DNA of 30,553 bases from Acidobacteriota bacterium (GCA_030637805.1 DAOWFV010000136.1:1-30553); one strand, 5' to 3'; numbered from the stretch's first letter, positions 1-8,637 are shown. Numbers and translations: made by a program. Notes: generated by a model not told the origin, from the sequence alone.

Positions 1-579
1 CCGGGGGTCGATTCGATCTCAAACGTCTGCGGAGCCTGCCATGTCATGAACATGGAGCTCTTTTTGGCATCGCCTCACGCCGAGGCCTTCAGCGCCATGG
101 AGCTCGCAGCGTGCGAGGCGTGCCACGGCAACCACGAGGTCCTCCTGCCGAATGATGATTGGTTGGGGGTGGATGAGGAGAGCGTCTGCGGCCGGTGCCA
201 TGAACGCGATGACACGGGCGGCGAGGTTGCTCTGGCGCTCCGGGCTCTGATGGATCGAGGCGCCGGTGTCCTGCTCGACGCGCGTTCGAAGGTGGACGAC
301 GCCGAACGGGCGGGCATGCTGATGGAGGATTCGGCGGTGGCCCTCGAGGAGGCCTATCAGGAGCTGGTGACCGCCAGGACCCAGGTCCACCTCGTGTCCG
401 TGGCGGCGGTCGAGGAGCACACCGCGGCGGCCCTGGAGGCAGCCGAGTCCGCGCTGGCGGACGCCGCCGAAGCTCGGGAGGAGATTCGCTTCCGGCGCAG
501 CGGTCTGCTCATTGCCTTGGTTTTCATCCTTCTCGCGATCGTTGCCCTGGTGCTCAAAATCAGACAGCTAGAACGCTGA
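1..579 (+). CDS. Multiheme cytochrome c, C-terminal part (5' end outside window), with C-terminal membrane anchor
   Basis: Frame 1 is open from base 1 (PGVDSISNVCGACHVMNMELF...). Three CxxCH heme motifs are visible (CGACH, CEACH, CGRCH), then an Ala/Glu-rich helical stalk and a hydrophobic tail GLLIALVFILLAIVALVL. Confidence 0.85.
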   Translation, partial: PGVDSISNVCGACHVMNMELFLASPHAEAFSAMELAACEACHGNHEVLLPNDDWLGVDEESVCGRCHERDDTGGEVALALRALMDRGAGVLLDARSKVDDAERAGMLMEDSAVALEEAYQELVTARTQVHLVSVAAVEEHTAAALEAAESALADAAEAREEIRFRRSGLLIALVFILLAIVALVLKIRQLER

Positions 580-678
580 ATTCTCAATTCTCAATTCTTA
601 ATCCTCAATTGTCAGTTGTTCCCCCGACCAGTCGGTAATTGGAAACAACTTAAAATTGAGGATTGAGAATTGAGAATT
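579..678. repeat. Heptamer-armed palindrome, family 1 (TTCTCAA arms)
   Basis: Left arm TTCTCAA-TTCTCAA-TTCTTAA-TCCTCAA; right arm TTGAGGA-TTGAGAA-TTGAGAA. Inner imperfect stem AGTTGTTCC/GGAAACAACT encloses CCGA-CCAG-TCGG. It fills the gap between two convergent genes. Confidence 0.9.
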
Positions 679-686
679 TGTGATTG

Positions 687-1283
687 TCACCTGATTCCTG
701 CGAACGCGTCATAGAGTTCCCTGAAGCACAGCCTTAGGTTGCCGTCGTGGCGACGAAACAGTTCTTCAAGGATGGGGTCGAGACGATCGGCGTGCTCAGG
801 CGTCAGCTCGCACACGAGGTCGGCGAGCAGCTCGGGCGAGGTTTGGCAGTCGACGAGCGTCGGGAGCCTTCCCGGTCGGTGGCTGGTGATTACCAGGCGC
901 CTGGCGTTTCGGCATCTCCTCCGCAGCATGAGGCGGCCCGCCGCGCCGAGCAGGCCGGCGCAGTCCACCAACACCGAGTGCCGGCCGTCTACGGGGTGGG
1001 GGAGCCGCGCGGTGACTGTGCTCCATGGTCGCCGGCTGGTCCCTGAGAGCGGCACGAGCGCCACCTCGCCGTCGAGTCGCCGGGAGAGCTCCTCGAGGAG
1101 GGTCGTCTTGCCGCTGCCCTCGGGACCGACGACATCAGCCCGGCCGCCGAGAGCATCGAGCCGTTCGGCGAGATCCTCCGGCTTCGGTCCGGTTGGGCGG
1201 AAACCGAGTGCATCGATGCGGTGACTGGCGAACGGGTTGTCCGCCGGGCGGATCCGGAGTCTGGCGCGCCGGTCAAAAACCAT
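687..1283 (-). CDS. Small P-loop NTPase (AAA+-like)
   Basis: Walker A GPEGSGKTT; Walker B-like VLVDC; C-terminal GNLR resembling an AAA+ lid/sensor-2; start overlaps the upstream gene's stop by 11 nt. Confidence 0.75.
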   Translation of the reverse strand: MVFDRRARLRIRPADNPFASHRIDALGFRPTGPKPEDLAERLDALGGRADVVGPEGSGKTTLLEELSRRLDGEVALVPLSGTSRRPWSTVTARLPHPVDGRHSVLVDCAGLLGAAGRLMLRRRCRNARRLVITSHRPGRLPTLVDCQTSPELLADLVCELTPEHADRLDPILEELFRRHDGNLRLCFRELYDAFAGIR

Positions 1284-1653
1284 CAGGTCTCCCCAGCTGG
1301 ACCTCGATCGGCTGCGGGCCGATCACCAGATCGAGGCGCTCGCTCACTCCACCCGGGTTCACGACCAGTTCGAGCGCCCATGAAAGGGTGATCAGCTTGC
1401 CCGAGAACGAATAAGGGCCGTCGGATGCCTGAAGACGGAAGGACCGGTTGCCGTTCTGTCCGGGAACCGAGGTGCGGGAGGAGTCCACGATTTCGACGTC
1501 CCGGGTCCCTTTCCCGCTCGTGTACCAGAAGAGGCGGATTTCGAGGTCATCGGCGTCGGTGTCGAGCAACCAGGACACATCGCCTTCGATGATCTCACCG
1601 GGCCGGAACCAGGTGCGTCCTCCGTCGGTGCGGATCGTCAGCATGTCCGTCAT
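1273..1653 (-). CDS. Hypothetical protein, 126 aa, probable arrestin/SpoOM-like beta-sandwich
   Basis: ATG at 1653 with GGAGG 8 nt upstream and an ATGA overlap with the upstream stop. Sequence MTDMLTIRTDGGRTWFRPGEIIEG...PYSFSGKLITLSWALEL. The fold call is inference. Confidence 0.7.
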   Translation of the reverse strand: MTDMLTIRTDGGRTWFRPGEIIEGDVSWLLDTDADDLEIRLFWYTSGKGTRDVEIVDSSRTSVPGQNGNRSFRLQASDGPYSFSGKLITLSWALELVVNPGGVSERLDLVIGPQPIEVQLGRPDGF

Positions 1654-3344
1654 CGGGCGGCCTCCGGCTTCAGCGGTAGGACGGCGATCGGGAACTCGTC
1701 GTCGACGTCGGGCCAGCGGTGAATCTCGCCCTCGACCTTGATCGACCAGACGATCTTGTTGTGCAACGCGGCGAAGCTGTGCATGGTGTCCTCGGGGAGG
1801 AAGACCTCGGCGACCCCCTTGCCGATCTCCCAATAGTTGACGGTGTCGATCAGGCCGAGGGTGGCGAAGACCTCGGTATCGGTGTGGGTGTCTGTGCCGC
1901 GTTGGTACGTCGCCTCCTCCTTCCCTTCGATGACGATGGTGAGGTGGTTGATCCGCGAGCTTCTGCCCGTGAACCGCCACTCGACCCGCAGGTCGTCACC
2001 GAGGCGGGGTTGCGCGGGAAGAAGCACCAAGTTCGGCCGTGGGTTGGCGAGGGCGAGCGCAAAGTAGAAGATGCCCACGGCGAGGCCCAAACCTACCAGG
2101 ACGAACGGCACCGTGAATATCGTCAGAAACCAGTCAGGTCGCCCGCTCTGCCATCCTTTGATGACCTGCCACACTAACACGCTGACAATTCCGTTCCAGA
2201 CGAGGGCGACCAGGACGATGCCGAAGAACTTGGCGGCCGGGGAGGTCGAAGATTCCAGCTCGACCGATTCGCCCCCGCTGGGCTCGGCGATCACCGCCGG
2301 ATCCGCTGATCTTCGATTCTTACGGGCCACCTTGCGGCTGTGCGCCACCAGCGCTCCGCCGGCGAGGACGAAGATCAGCGGCAGCAGACCGAGAAGGTAG
2401 GTCGGCCGGAAACTCCGGTCGAGGACGGCTCGAGTGGGATCCTCGGGATCGACCCAGCACCTTCCTTCGGTCCCTGGAGGGTATTGATCGACGACTTCCT
2501 TCTTGCCGGCATACCCGCTCGAGCTGACGTCGAGGAAGCCATAGCGGTTGCTGCGCCAGGTGCGGCCCGAGTACTCGTACTCATAGAGGATGTCGATTTT
2601 GTAGGTGGTGCCGTCGTCGGAGGTGTGGGAGCGAACGGTTGAGGAGATCACGGTGCATGGAACCTCGGGCCAGGAGATTGCGCGCACGAGCCGGATCATG
2701 GGCAGCATGAAGACCGCGACGAACACGACAACGCCGACGACAACGAAGACGAGGCCCATTACCAGAAGCACCCGATGGCCCCCTTGTCCCCGGGCCCCCT
2801 GTGAGATCGAGACAGTCTCCTGATCCGCCTGCGCCCGGCCCGGACGCCAAATCACGAACAGCCCACCGCCGCCGATGACGACGAAGACGAGCGGAAGAAG
2901 GACCATCAACGCCGTCCACGGCACCGACCGCTCGAGCACGGCCCGCGACGGGTCGGCCGGATCGACGTAACACGTCGTTTCACTGTCCTGCTCGTAGCGC
3001 AGTGCGCGGCGTTGAGCCTTGCCGAAGTCGCTCTCGGTGTTCGCCCTGCGGGACACCCGGTCGCCGAGGTGCTCCTGACCGTCGACCGCGTATCGGTATC
3101 GCACCGAGGCCTCGAAGGGTTGTTCATCGTCACCGCTGTCCACGACCTCGCTCGACACGATCGTGCACGGGGTGGGGTCCCAACGCCAGGTCGCGACGTC
3201 GCGCACAGTCTCACCGATGAGCATGACGAGGAAAAACAACCCCATTCCGAGGAACAGCCCGAAGAAAACTGAACCGACGAGCTTGCCGAAGACAGACCGG
3301 CAGCCGGTTCCCTCGCTGTCACCGGACGAGATAGAAATTCGCAC
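1650..3344 (-). CDS. Membrane protein with two DUF3592-like repeats and a C-terminal soluble beta domain
   Basis: Internal duplication: W..tPCTivSSeV...Y.Y and CYVDPADPSRAVLERS versus CWVDPEDPTRAVLDRS, each flanked by hydrophobic helices. GTG start is uncertain. Confidence 0.8.
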   Translation of the reverse strand: MRISISSGDSEGTGCRSVFGKLVGSVFFGLFLGMGLFFLVMLIGETVRDVATWRWDPTPCTIVSSEVVDSGDDEQPFEASVRYRYAVDGQEHLGDRVSRRANTESDFGKAQRRALRYEQDSETTCYVDPADPSRAVLERSVPWTALMVLLPLVFVVIGGGGLFVIWRPGRAQADQETVSISQGARGQGGHRVLLVMGLVFVVVGVVVFVAVFMLPMIRLVRAISWPEVPCTVISSTVRSHTSDDGTTYKIDILYEYEYSGRTWRSNRYGFLDVSSSGYAGKKEVVDQYPPGTEGRCWVDPEDPTRAVLDRSFRPTYLLGLLPLIFVLAGGALVAHSRKVARKNRRSADPAVIAEPSGGESVELESSTSPAAKFFGIVLVALVWNGIVSVLVWQVIKGWQSGRPDWFLTIFTVPFVLVGLGLAVGIFYFALALANPRPNLVLLPAQPRLGDDLRVEWRFTGRSSRINHLTIVIEGKEEATYQRGTDTHTDTEVFATLGLIDTVNYWEIGKGVAEVFLPEDTMHSFAALHNKIVWSIKVEGEIHRWPDVDDEFPIAVLPLKPEAAR

Positions 3345-3379
3345 GGTCGACGTCCCGGTTCGATTCTACCCCGAGAGCC

Positions 3380-3466
3380 GAATTCTCAATTCTCAATTCC
3401 AACCCACCCACAAATGTGCGTGGGGCACCTGATCATTGAGAATTAAGAACTGAGAATTGAGAATTC
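3380..3466. repeat. Heptamer-armed palindrome, family 1 (TTCTCAA arms)
   Basis: GAATTCTCAATTCTCAATTC ... TTGAGAATTAAGAACTGAGAATTGAGAATTC, with inner hairpin CCCACCCAC-AAAT-GTGCGTGGG. Confidence 0.9.
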
Positions 3467-3540
3467 TATTCAGCTGGTTTTTGCCAGGCCGTTTGAGGGT
3501 TTTTGCCGTGGTGTTGTAGGGAAGGCGCTGGACCTTCCGA

Positions 3541-3912
3541 TTATCCTTCGTCGGCGTGCTCTACGCCCGTGCCCATGAGATCGGCCACGTGCTGGTCTAC
3601 CAGGCTGTAATAGACCATTCGGCCATCACGGCGGGCCCGAACCAGGTCGCGGTCGCGGAGCAGGCGGAGCTGGTGGCTGACGGCGGAAACCGACAGCTCG
3701 GCGAGCACGGCAAGATCACAGACGCAGAGTTCTTTCGTAACCGTCAGCGCGTGCAGGATCTTGAGCCGAGTGGGATCGGACAGCGCTGAGAAGAGTCTGC
3801 TCAGCCGTTCGATGGTGTGGACCGGCAGCGCACGCTTCTGGACGAAGGCGACGGCCTCGGGATCAATCTCGTTGATCGTACAAGTTTCGTAGGTGGACTC
3901 GTTCTCATTCAT
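3541..3912 (-). CDS. ArsR/SmtB-family metal-responsive transcriptional repressor
   Basis: LSDPTRLKIL, ELCVCDLA, SAVSHQLRLLR, RRDGRMVYY; C-terminal DQHx10HADE; GGAG upstream of the ATG. Confidence 0.93.
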   Translation of the reverse strand: MNENESTYETCTINEIDPEAVAFVQKRALPVHTIERLSRLFSALSDPTRLKILHALTVTKELCVCDLAVLAELSVSAVSHQLRLLRDRDLVRARRDGRMVYYSLVDQHVADLMGTGVEHADEG

Positions 3913-3988
3913 GGGCGCATTCTCCCAGAATCCCGCTCCCCGGTCAATCAGGACACCTGGGTGGGGGATTCACGATGTTTAATTAGCG

Positions 3989-4384
3989 TCAGCCCTTCAC
4001 GGCCTTGTGACCATAGAAAATCAATCCCGCCTCGCCATCCCAAGCCACCCGCCGGAACTCGAGCCTGACGGGCATGCCGATCTCCAGCTCCTCGGGGTCG
4101 GCGAGATCGCCGACCTGCATCATCACCTTGACGCCGTTCGTAAGCTCCACCAGGGCGATCGGTAGTGGGGACTGCTCGGTGTATCCAGCCGGGGGCACGC
4201 GGACCACCGTAAAGGTCACCACCTTTCCCTCGCGAGGGAGGGGGGTGGTCTCGAAGGTGCATCCCCCGCAGTCGGGACACACCACGCGAGGCGGGTAGAG
4301 AACCTTCTCGCACCCCTCGCAACGGGCGGCTTCGAGACGGTACCGTTGCGGAAACTCGCGCCAGGATCGCGCCGGAGAAATCAT
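3989..4384 (-). CDS. DUF35-family Zn-ribbon/OB-fold protein (thiolase/HMG-CoA synthase scaffold)
   Basis: CEGC-x10-CPDC zinc ribbon followed by an OB-fold (GKVVTFTVV...IALVEL...GMPVRLEFR); ATG at 4384 overlaps the thiolase stop (ATGA). Confidence 0.92.
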   Translation of the reverse strand: MISPARSWREFPQRYRLEAARCEGCEKVLYPPRVVCPDCGGCTFETTPLPREGKVVTFTVVRVPPAGYTEQSPLPIALVELTNGVKVMMQVGDLADPEELEIGMPVRLEFRRVAWDGEAGLIFYGHKAVKG

Positions 4385-5544
4385 GACGCCACCTCCAGGA
4401 TGTGCACGGTGGAGCTGCCGCCGGAACCGCCCATGTTCTGGGCCAGGCCGATTGTGGCTCCCTCCACCTGTCGCTGACCCGCCTCGCCCCAAAGCTGGGT
4501 CGCGATTTCGGCCACCTGCGCCACGCCGGTGGCCCCCACCGGGTGGCCCTTGGATTTGAGGCCGCCGGATGGGTTCACCGGAATCTTGCCGTGCAGCGAG
4601 GTGAGGCCCTTATCCACCGCCGACGCGCCGAATCCCGGATCGAAGAGCCCGATTGCCTCGGTGGTCATTATCTCGGCGATGGTGAAGCAGTCATGGACCT
4701 CGACCACGTGCAGTTCCTCGGGCTTCCTCCCGGCCATGGCGTAGGCTCTTTCGGCGGCCAGACGCACTCCATCGAGCTGCGAGAGGTCGTTGCGATTGGC
4801 GAGAGCCATGGTGTCGGTGGCGAGGCCAGAGCCGGTGATCTTCACCATCGGCCGCTCGCTCCCGAGCTCGCGCGCCCGTTCCACGGTCGTGATGACCAGA
4901 GCGGCTGCGCCGTCGGTGACCGGAGAGCAGTCGAGCAGGTGCAACGGGTCGGCGACCATCGTGGAGGCAAGCACGTCTTCGACGCTTACCTTGAGGTGGT
5001 ACTGGGCGTGTGGGTTGAGCAGGCCGTTGGCGTGGTTCTTGACCGCAACCGCGGCAAGCTGCTCCGAGGTCGTGCCGTGACGCTGCATGTGTACTTGCGC
5101 CAACATCGCGTACAGACCGGGGAAGGTGATGCCGTGGAAACCTTCCCACTCCTGATCGGCGGCGGTGCCCAGGGCGAAAGTGGCATCGGCGCCGTCTACG
5201 TCCGTCATCTTCTCGACGCCGGTGACTAGCACCGTGTCGGAGAGCCCGCCTGCGACCTCGGCGAAAGCCATGCGCAGGGCGAGACCGCCGGACGCACAGG
5301 CTGACTCGACCCGCGCGGCCGGGACTCCGGCCATACCGAGCTCGTCGGCGAGCAGCGAGGCGAGGTGCTCCTGGCCGGCGAAGAGGCCCGGAGACATGCA
5401 CCCGATGGTCACCATATCCACCGAATCAACGCCGGCGTCGGTCAGGGCGGCGAGGGCCGCCTCGGCCCACATGGTGCGCAGGGATTTTTCCCAGAGCTCG
5501 CCGAAATCGATCATTCCAATGCCTACGACAGCGACATCTCGCAT
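4381..5544 (-). CDS. Thiolase, archaeal/SCP2-like type (acetyl-CoA acetyltransferase)
   Basis: VESACASGG (catalytic Cys), [17 protein letters not shown], and AQNMGG in place of the classical CxG; ATG at 5544 with GAGGGG upstream. Confidence 0.93.
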   Translation of the reverse strand: MRDVAVVGIGMIDFGELWEKSLRTMWAEAALAALTDAGVDSVDMVTIGCMSPGLFAGQEHLASLLADELGMAGVPAARVESACASGGLALRMAFAEVAGGLSDTVLVTGVEKMTDVDGADATFALGTAADQEWEGFHGITFPGLYAMLAQVHMQRHGTTSEQLAAVAVKNHANGLLNPHAQYHLKVSVEDVLASTMVADPLHLLDCSPVTDGAAALVITTVERARELGSERPMVKITGSGLATDTMALANRNDLSQLDGVRLAAERAYAMAGRKPEELHVVEVHDCFTIAEIMTTEAIGLFDPGFGASAVDKGLTSLHGKIPVNPSGGLKSKGHPVGATGVAQVAEIATQLWGEAGQRQVEGATIGLAQNMGGSGGSSTVHILEVAS

Positions 5545-5555
5545 TGCCACCCCCC

Positions 5556-6614
5556 TCACTCGGCCATGCGGATCTTGCCGCGGAGCTTGGCGTATGTACC
5601 GTAGTCCACGTAGATCTGGTTCTCGTCGAGTTGCTCGCGGGTCTTGGCGGCCCGGTCCCGAGCTACCTCAATCCGTTCCTTGACGCGAAAGACAAAGGAG
5701 TCAGAACCCGCTCCGGAGCCGAAGGACGTGAGCAGTACGAGATCCTCTGGCTGGGCGATGTCGAGAACCGCCGTGAAGCCGATGGGTGAGGCTCCGGAGT
5801 AGGTGTTACCGAGCCACGGCGACAGCCAGCCGGTCTCCAGCTGCTCCTGGGTGAAACCCAGTTTCTTGCCGACACGCATCGGGAACTTGCCGTTGGGCTG
5901 GTGGAAGATGGCGTGGGCGAATTCGCCGGGTTCGAGACCGGCCTTTTCCATGATGCCGCGAGCCGAGCTCATGGTGGTCCGGAAGTATGCCGGCTCGCCG
6001 GTGAACCGGCTGCCGTGACGCGGGTAGTGCATGTACTCGCGGCGCCAGAAGTCGGGGGTGTCGGTGGTCCAGGAGTAGGTGTCCACAACCTCGGCCAGGA
6101 TACGATCCTCGTCGTTGCCGAAGATGAAGGCCGCTGCGCCGGCCGCCGCCGAGTACTCGAGGGCATCCCCGGGGGCGCCCTGCGAGGTGTCGGCGCCGAT
6201 ACCCACCGCGTACTTGACCTCGCCCGCCTTGACCAATGCCTGGGCGAGGAAGAGGCCCTCCGTGCCGGCCTTACAGGCGAACTCCAGGTCGGCGATGTGC
6301 AACGCCGGCGTCGCACCGATGGCCTCGGCGACGATGGTGCCCGACGGCTTCACCGCGTACGGGTGTGACTCGGAGCCGACGTAGAGAGCGCCGATCTCCT
6401 CCGGGTCCACACCGCCGGAGCGGGCGAGGGCGTTTCGGGTTGCCTCGACCGACATCGTGACCGTGTCCTCATCCGCCCCGGGGACCGATTTTTCGTGGAG
6501 CTGCAGCCCTTTGCGGTAGGACGGCGCGTCCGCTCCCCAGACCTTGGCAATTTCTTCGAGCTTGATGCGGCGTCTTGGAATGAAGGCGCCGTAGCCGACA
6601 ATGCCTACGCTCAT
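5556..6614 (-). CDS. Hydroxymethylglutaryl-CoA synthase, archaeal type
   Basis: [22 protein letters not shown] (catalytic Glu), EFACKAGT (catalytic Cys), [13 protein letters not shown] (catalytic His), [15 protein letters not shown]; 352 aa; GGAGG RBS. Confidence 0.93.
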   Translation of the reverse strand: MSVGIVGYGAFIPRRRIKLEEIAKVWGADAPSYRKGLQLHEKSVPGADEDTVTMSVEATRNALARSGGVDPEEIGALYVGSESHPYAVKPSGTIVAEAIGATPALHIADLEFACKAGTEGLFLAQALVKAGEVKYAVGIGADTSQGAPGDALEYSAAAGAAAFIFGNDEDRILAEVVDTYSWTTDTPDFWRREYMHYPRHGSRFTGEPAYFRTTMSSARGIMEKAGLEPGEFAHAIFHQPNGKFPMRVGKKLGFTQEQLETGWLSPWLGNTYSGASPIGFTAVLDIAQPEDLVLLTSFGSGAGSDSFVFRVKERIEVARDRAAKTREQLDENQIYVDYGTYAKLRGKIRMAE

Positions 6615-6670
6615 GGGTCCTCCAGGTGTTGAGATCGGGTCGCCTGTCGCGATATTCGCGCAGCCGAATA

Positions 6671-6699
6671 AGTCTACACAGGCGGAATAATAGTGTAAA
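6671..6699 (-). promoter_or_regulatory. Sigma70-type promoter for the HMG-CoA synthase operon
   Basis: Minus strand TTTACA-N17-TAGACT, 57 nt upstream of the HMGS start codon. Confidence 0.6.
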
Positions 6700-6716
6700 G
6701 CCGGCCGCGGGCCGCT

Positions 6717-6886
6717 TCAGGTCTCAGGTCTCAGGTCACAGGTCTCAGGTCACAGGTTACAGGTCGCACTGAAATTTCGATTGAATTCCTGCAATGTCAA
6801 CTGTTCTATTCCCTTTCTATACCTCTCATTCGTGACCTCCGCGCTTGCAAAAACCTGAAGCCTGAGACCTGTGACTTGCGACTTGC
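6717..6886 (-). repeat. Family 2 element (TCAGGTC arms, conserved core), reverse orientation
   Basis: About seven TCAGGTC/ACAGGTC units at 6717-6766 and inverted CCTGAAG-CCTGAGA-CCTGTGA-CTTGCGA at 6853-6886. The reverse-strand core TTGACATTGCAGGAATTCAATCGA...GTGCGAC matches the copies at 15025 and 26480. Confidence 0.85.
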
Positions 6887-6929
6887 TATGACCGGAGACG
6901 GTAGAATCGGTCCCCAGTGGAGGTGCGGG

Positions 6930-8240
6930 ATGAACCAGCGCGACATGAGGGGTGGTAACTACGCGGCGGAGCTGCAGTCTCCGGAAACCTATCGAGATCG
7001 CCGTCGACGGCTCGCGGAGCGAGTGGGCTCGGGCACTGTGGTGCTGTGGGGGGCGGGAGATGACCGGGGTTATGGAGACGTCGGTACCTTTCGACAGGGT
7101 TCGAGTTTCTTCTACCTCACGGGTGTCGAGCTCCCGAACGCAGTCGCGGTGCTACGCCCCGAGGAAGGAGGGGATCTCCTTTTCCTGCCGCCGCGCAACC
7201 CCAACATAGAGCGTTGGACGGGGCCAAAGTGGGGGCCGGGAGAGGAGGCGGCAGCTGCCTTCGGTTTCGACGAGGTGCTGTCTACGGAGGCAACGGAGAC
7301 TGTGATTGATGCGCGCCGGCGGCCGGTGCCGGGACTCGAGGGGCGGCTCCATGGGTGGTTGGCCGAGCCCGGCGCCGTTCTGTGGACCGAGCTCCCGGCC
7401 GTTTCCAGCGGCGCCGAGCTTCCCCCAACACACCGTTTCGTGGCGAAGCTGCGCGACCGGCTGCCGACCTTTGAGGTTCGCGATCTGGGCGAGCACCTGA
7501 CCGCCCTCCGTCTAGTCAAGGATGATGGGGAGATCGGACTCATGAGGAGGGCGATGGCTGCCACGATCGAGGGTCACCGTCGGGCCGCTCGGTCCGTGTC
7601 GCCGGGGGTCAGCGAGGGGGCGGTCGACGGAGCGGTCTACGCGGCCTTTCGAGAGTCCGGTGCGGAGGGTCTTTCCTTCCCCACTATCGTCGGTTCGGGC
7701 TACAACGCCACGACCCTCCACTACGATCAGAACGCCGGAACCTGCCGTGACGGTGAGCTGGTGGTGGTGGATATCGGGGCGCGCTACGGCTACTACTGCG
7801 GAGATCTGACCCGGAGCTATCCTGTGAACGGCCGTTTTTCGAAGCGTCAGCGCGAGATTTACGAGCTCGTGCTCGAGGCGCATGACCGCGCGGCAGAGGC
7901 CATCCGACCCGGCATCACGATGTCCGAGTTGCGTAAGATCGCGTTCGGCGTGATCGAGGGTTCGGACCTTCGCGATACGGAGGGCGAGCCGCTAGGGCAG
8001 TACTTCATCCATGGACTCGGCCACTTTCTCGGGCTCGACGCTCACGACCCGGGCGGTGACGAGGTAGTCCTTGAACCGGGGATGGTCATTACCAACGAGC
8101 CCGGCATCTACCTTCCCGAAGAGGAGCTTGGGGTACGCATCGAGAATGATTTCGTGGTCACCGCCGACGGCGGCGAAAACCTCTCCGCTGAGCTGCCGAC
8201 GAGCATCAGTGACGTGGAAGAGATGATGCGCCAGGAGTGA
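6930..8240 (+). CDS. pepP: Xaa-Pro aminopeptidase (M24B)
   Basis: FFYLTG..P N-domain; VDIGARYGYYCGDLTR, HGLGHFLGLDAHD, EPGIY and GVRIENDFVVT metal-binding motifs; GGAGG before ATG 6930 and TAGAAT at 6902. Confidence 0.9.
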   Translation: MNQRDMRGGNYAAELQSPETYRDRRRRLAERVGSGTVVLWGAGDDRGYGDVGTFRQGSSFFYLTGVELPNAVAVLRPEEGGDLLFLPPRNPNIERWTGPKWGPGEEAAAAFGFDEVLSTEATETVIDARRRPVPGLEGRLHGWLAEPGAVLWTELPAVSSGAELPPTHRFVAKLRDRLPTFEVRDLGEHLTALRLVKDDGEIGLMRRAMAATIEGHRRAARSVSPGVSEGAVDGAVYAAFRESGAEGLSFPTIVGSGYNATTLHYDQNAGTCRDGELVVVDIGARYGYYCGDLTRSYPVNGRFSKRQREIYELVLEAHDRAAEAIRPGITMSELRKIAFGVIEGSDLRDTEGEPLGQYFIHGLGHFLGLDAHDPGGDEVVLEPGMVITNEPGIYLPEEELGVRIENDFVVTADGGENLSAELPTSISDVEEMMRQE

Positions 8241-8255
8241 AGCGCAGACCAGAGC

Positions 8256-8580
8256 ATTAGGAATTCGGAATTCGGAATTAGGAATTAACGGCGCGGGGAG
8301 GCGACCGAGTGGCTCAAAGTGTTGTGCCCGCGCTGGGGCACTCTCGGGGCGCGCTCCGGCAGAAGGTCGCGACACCTTTCAGAAGCGCAAATCCGTAGCT
8401 TTGGAACACGCGACGATCTGGAGTACTCGTACCCTCCGGGCGCCAGTACCCCGCCGACGGTAGCGGTTTGTTGCCGCACCCGGCGAAATTGAGAATTGAG
8501 AATTGAGAATTGCAGATCGAGCTATCTCCGATTTGGGCAAGCGTCCTTAACTCAAAACTCAAAACTAAGAACTCAAAACT
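8256..8580 (+). repeat. Family 3 composite element (TTCGGAA/TTAGGAA left arm, conserved GC-rich core, AACTCAA right arm) plus an internal AATTGAG array
   Basis: Arrays at 8256-8287, 8487-8512 and 8549-8580. Core 8289-8347 is 49/59 identical to the reverse complement of 13766-13824. Confidence 0.85.
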
Positions 8581-8637
8581 CCTCGCAGGGAGTCCTCCGC
8601 GAGGTTCCCGAGCTCCGACAGCGATATACTCCGGATA

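Noticed and set aside
3989-6614. Operon as phlACB (2,4-diacetylphloroglucinol acyltransferase)
   Set aside because: Gene order matches, but the HMGS homolog retains its full catalytic triad and no type III PKS (phlD) is present. The archaeal-type HMG-CoA complex fits better.
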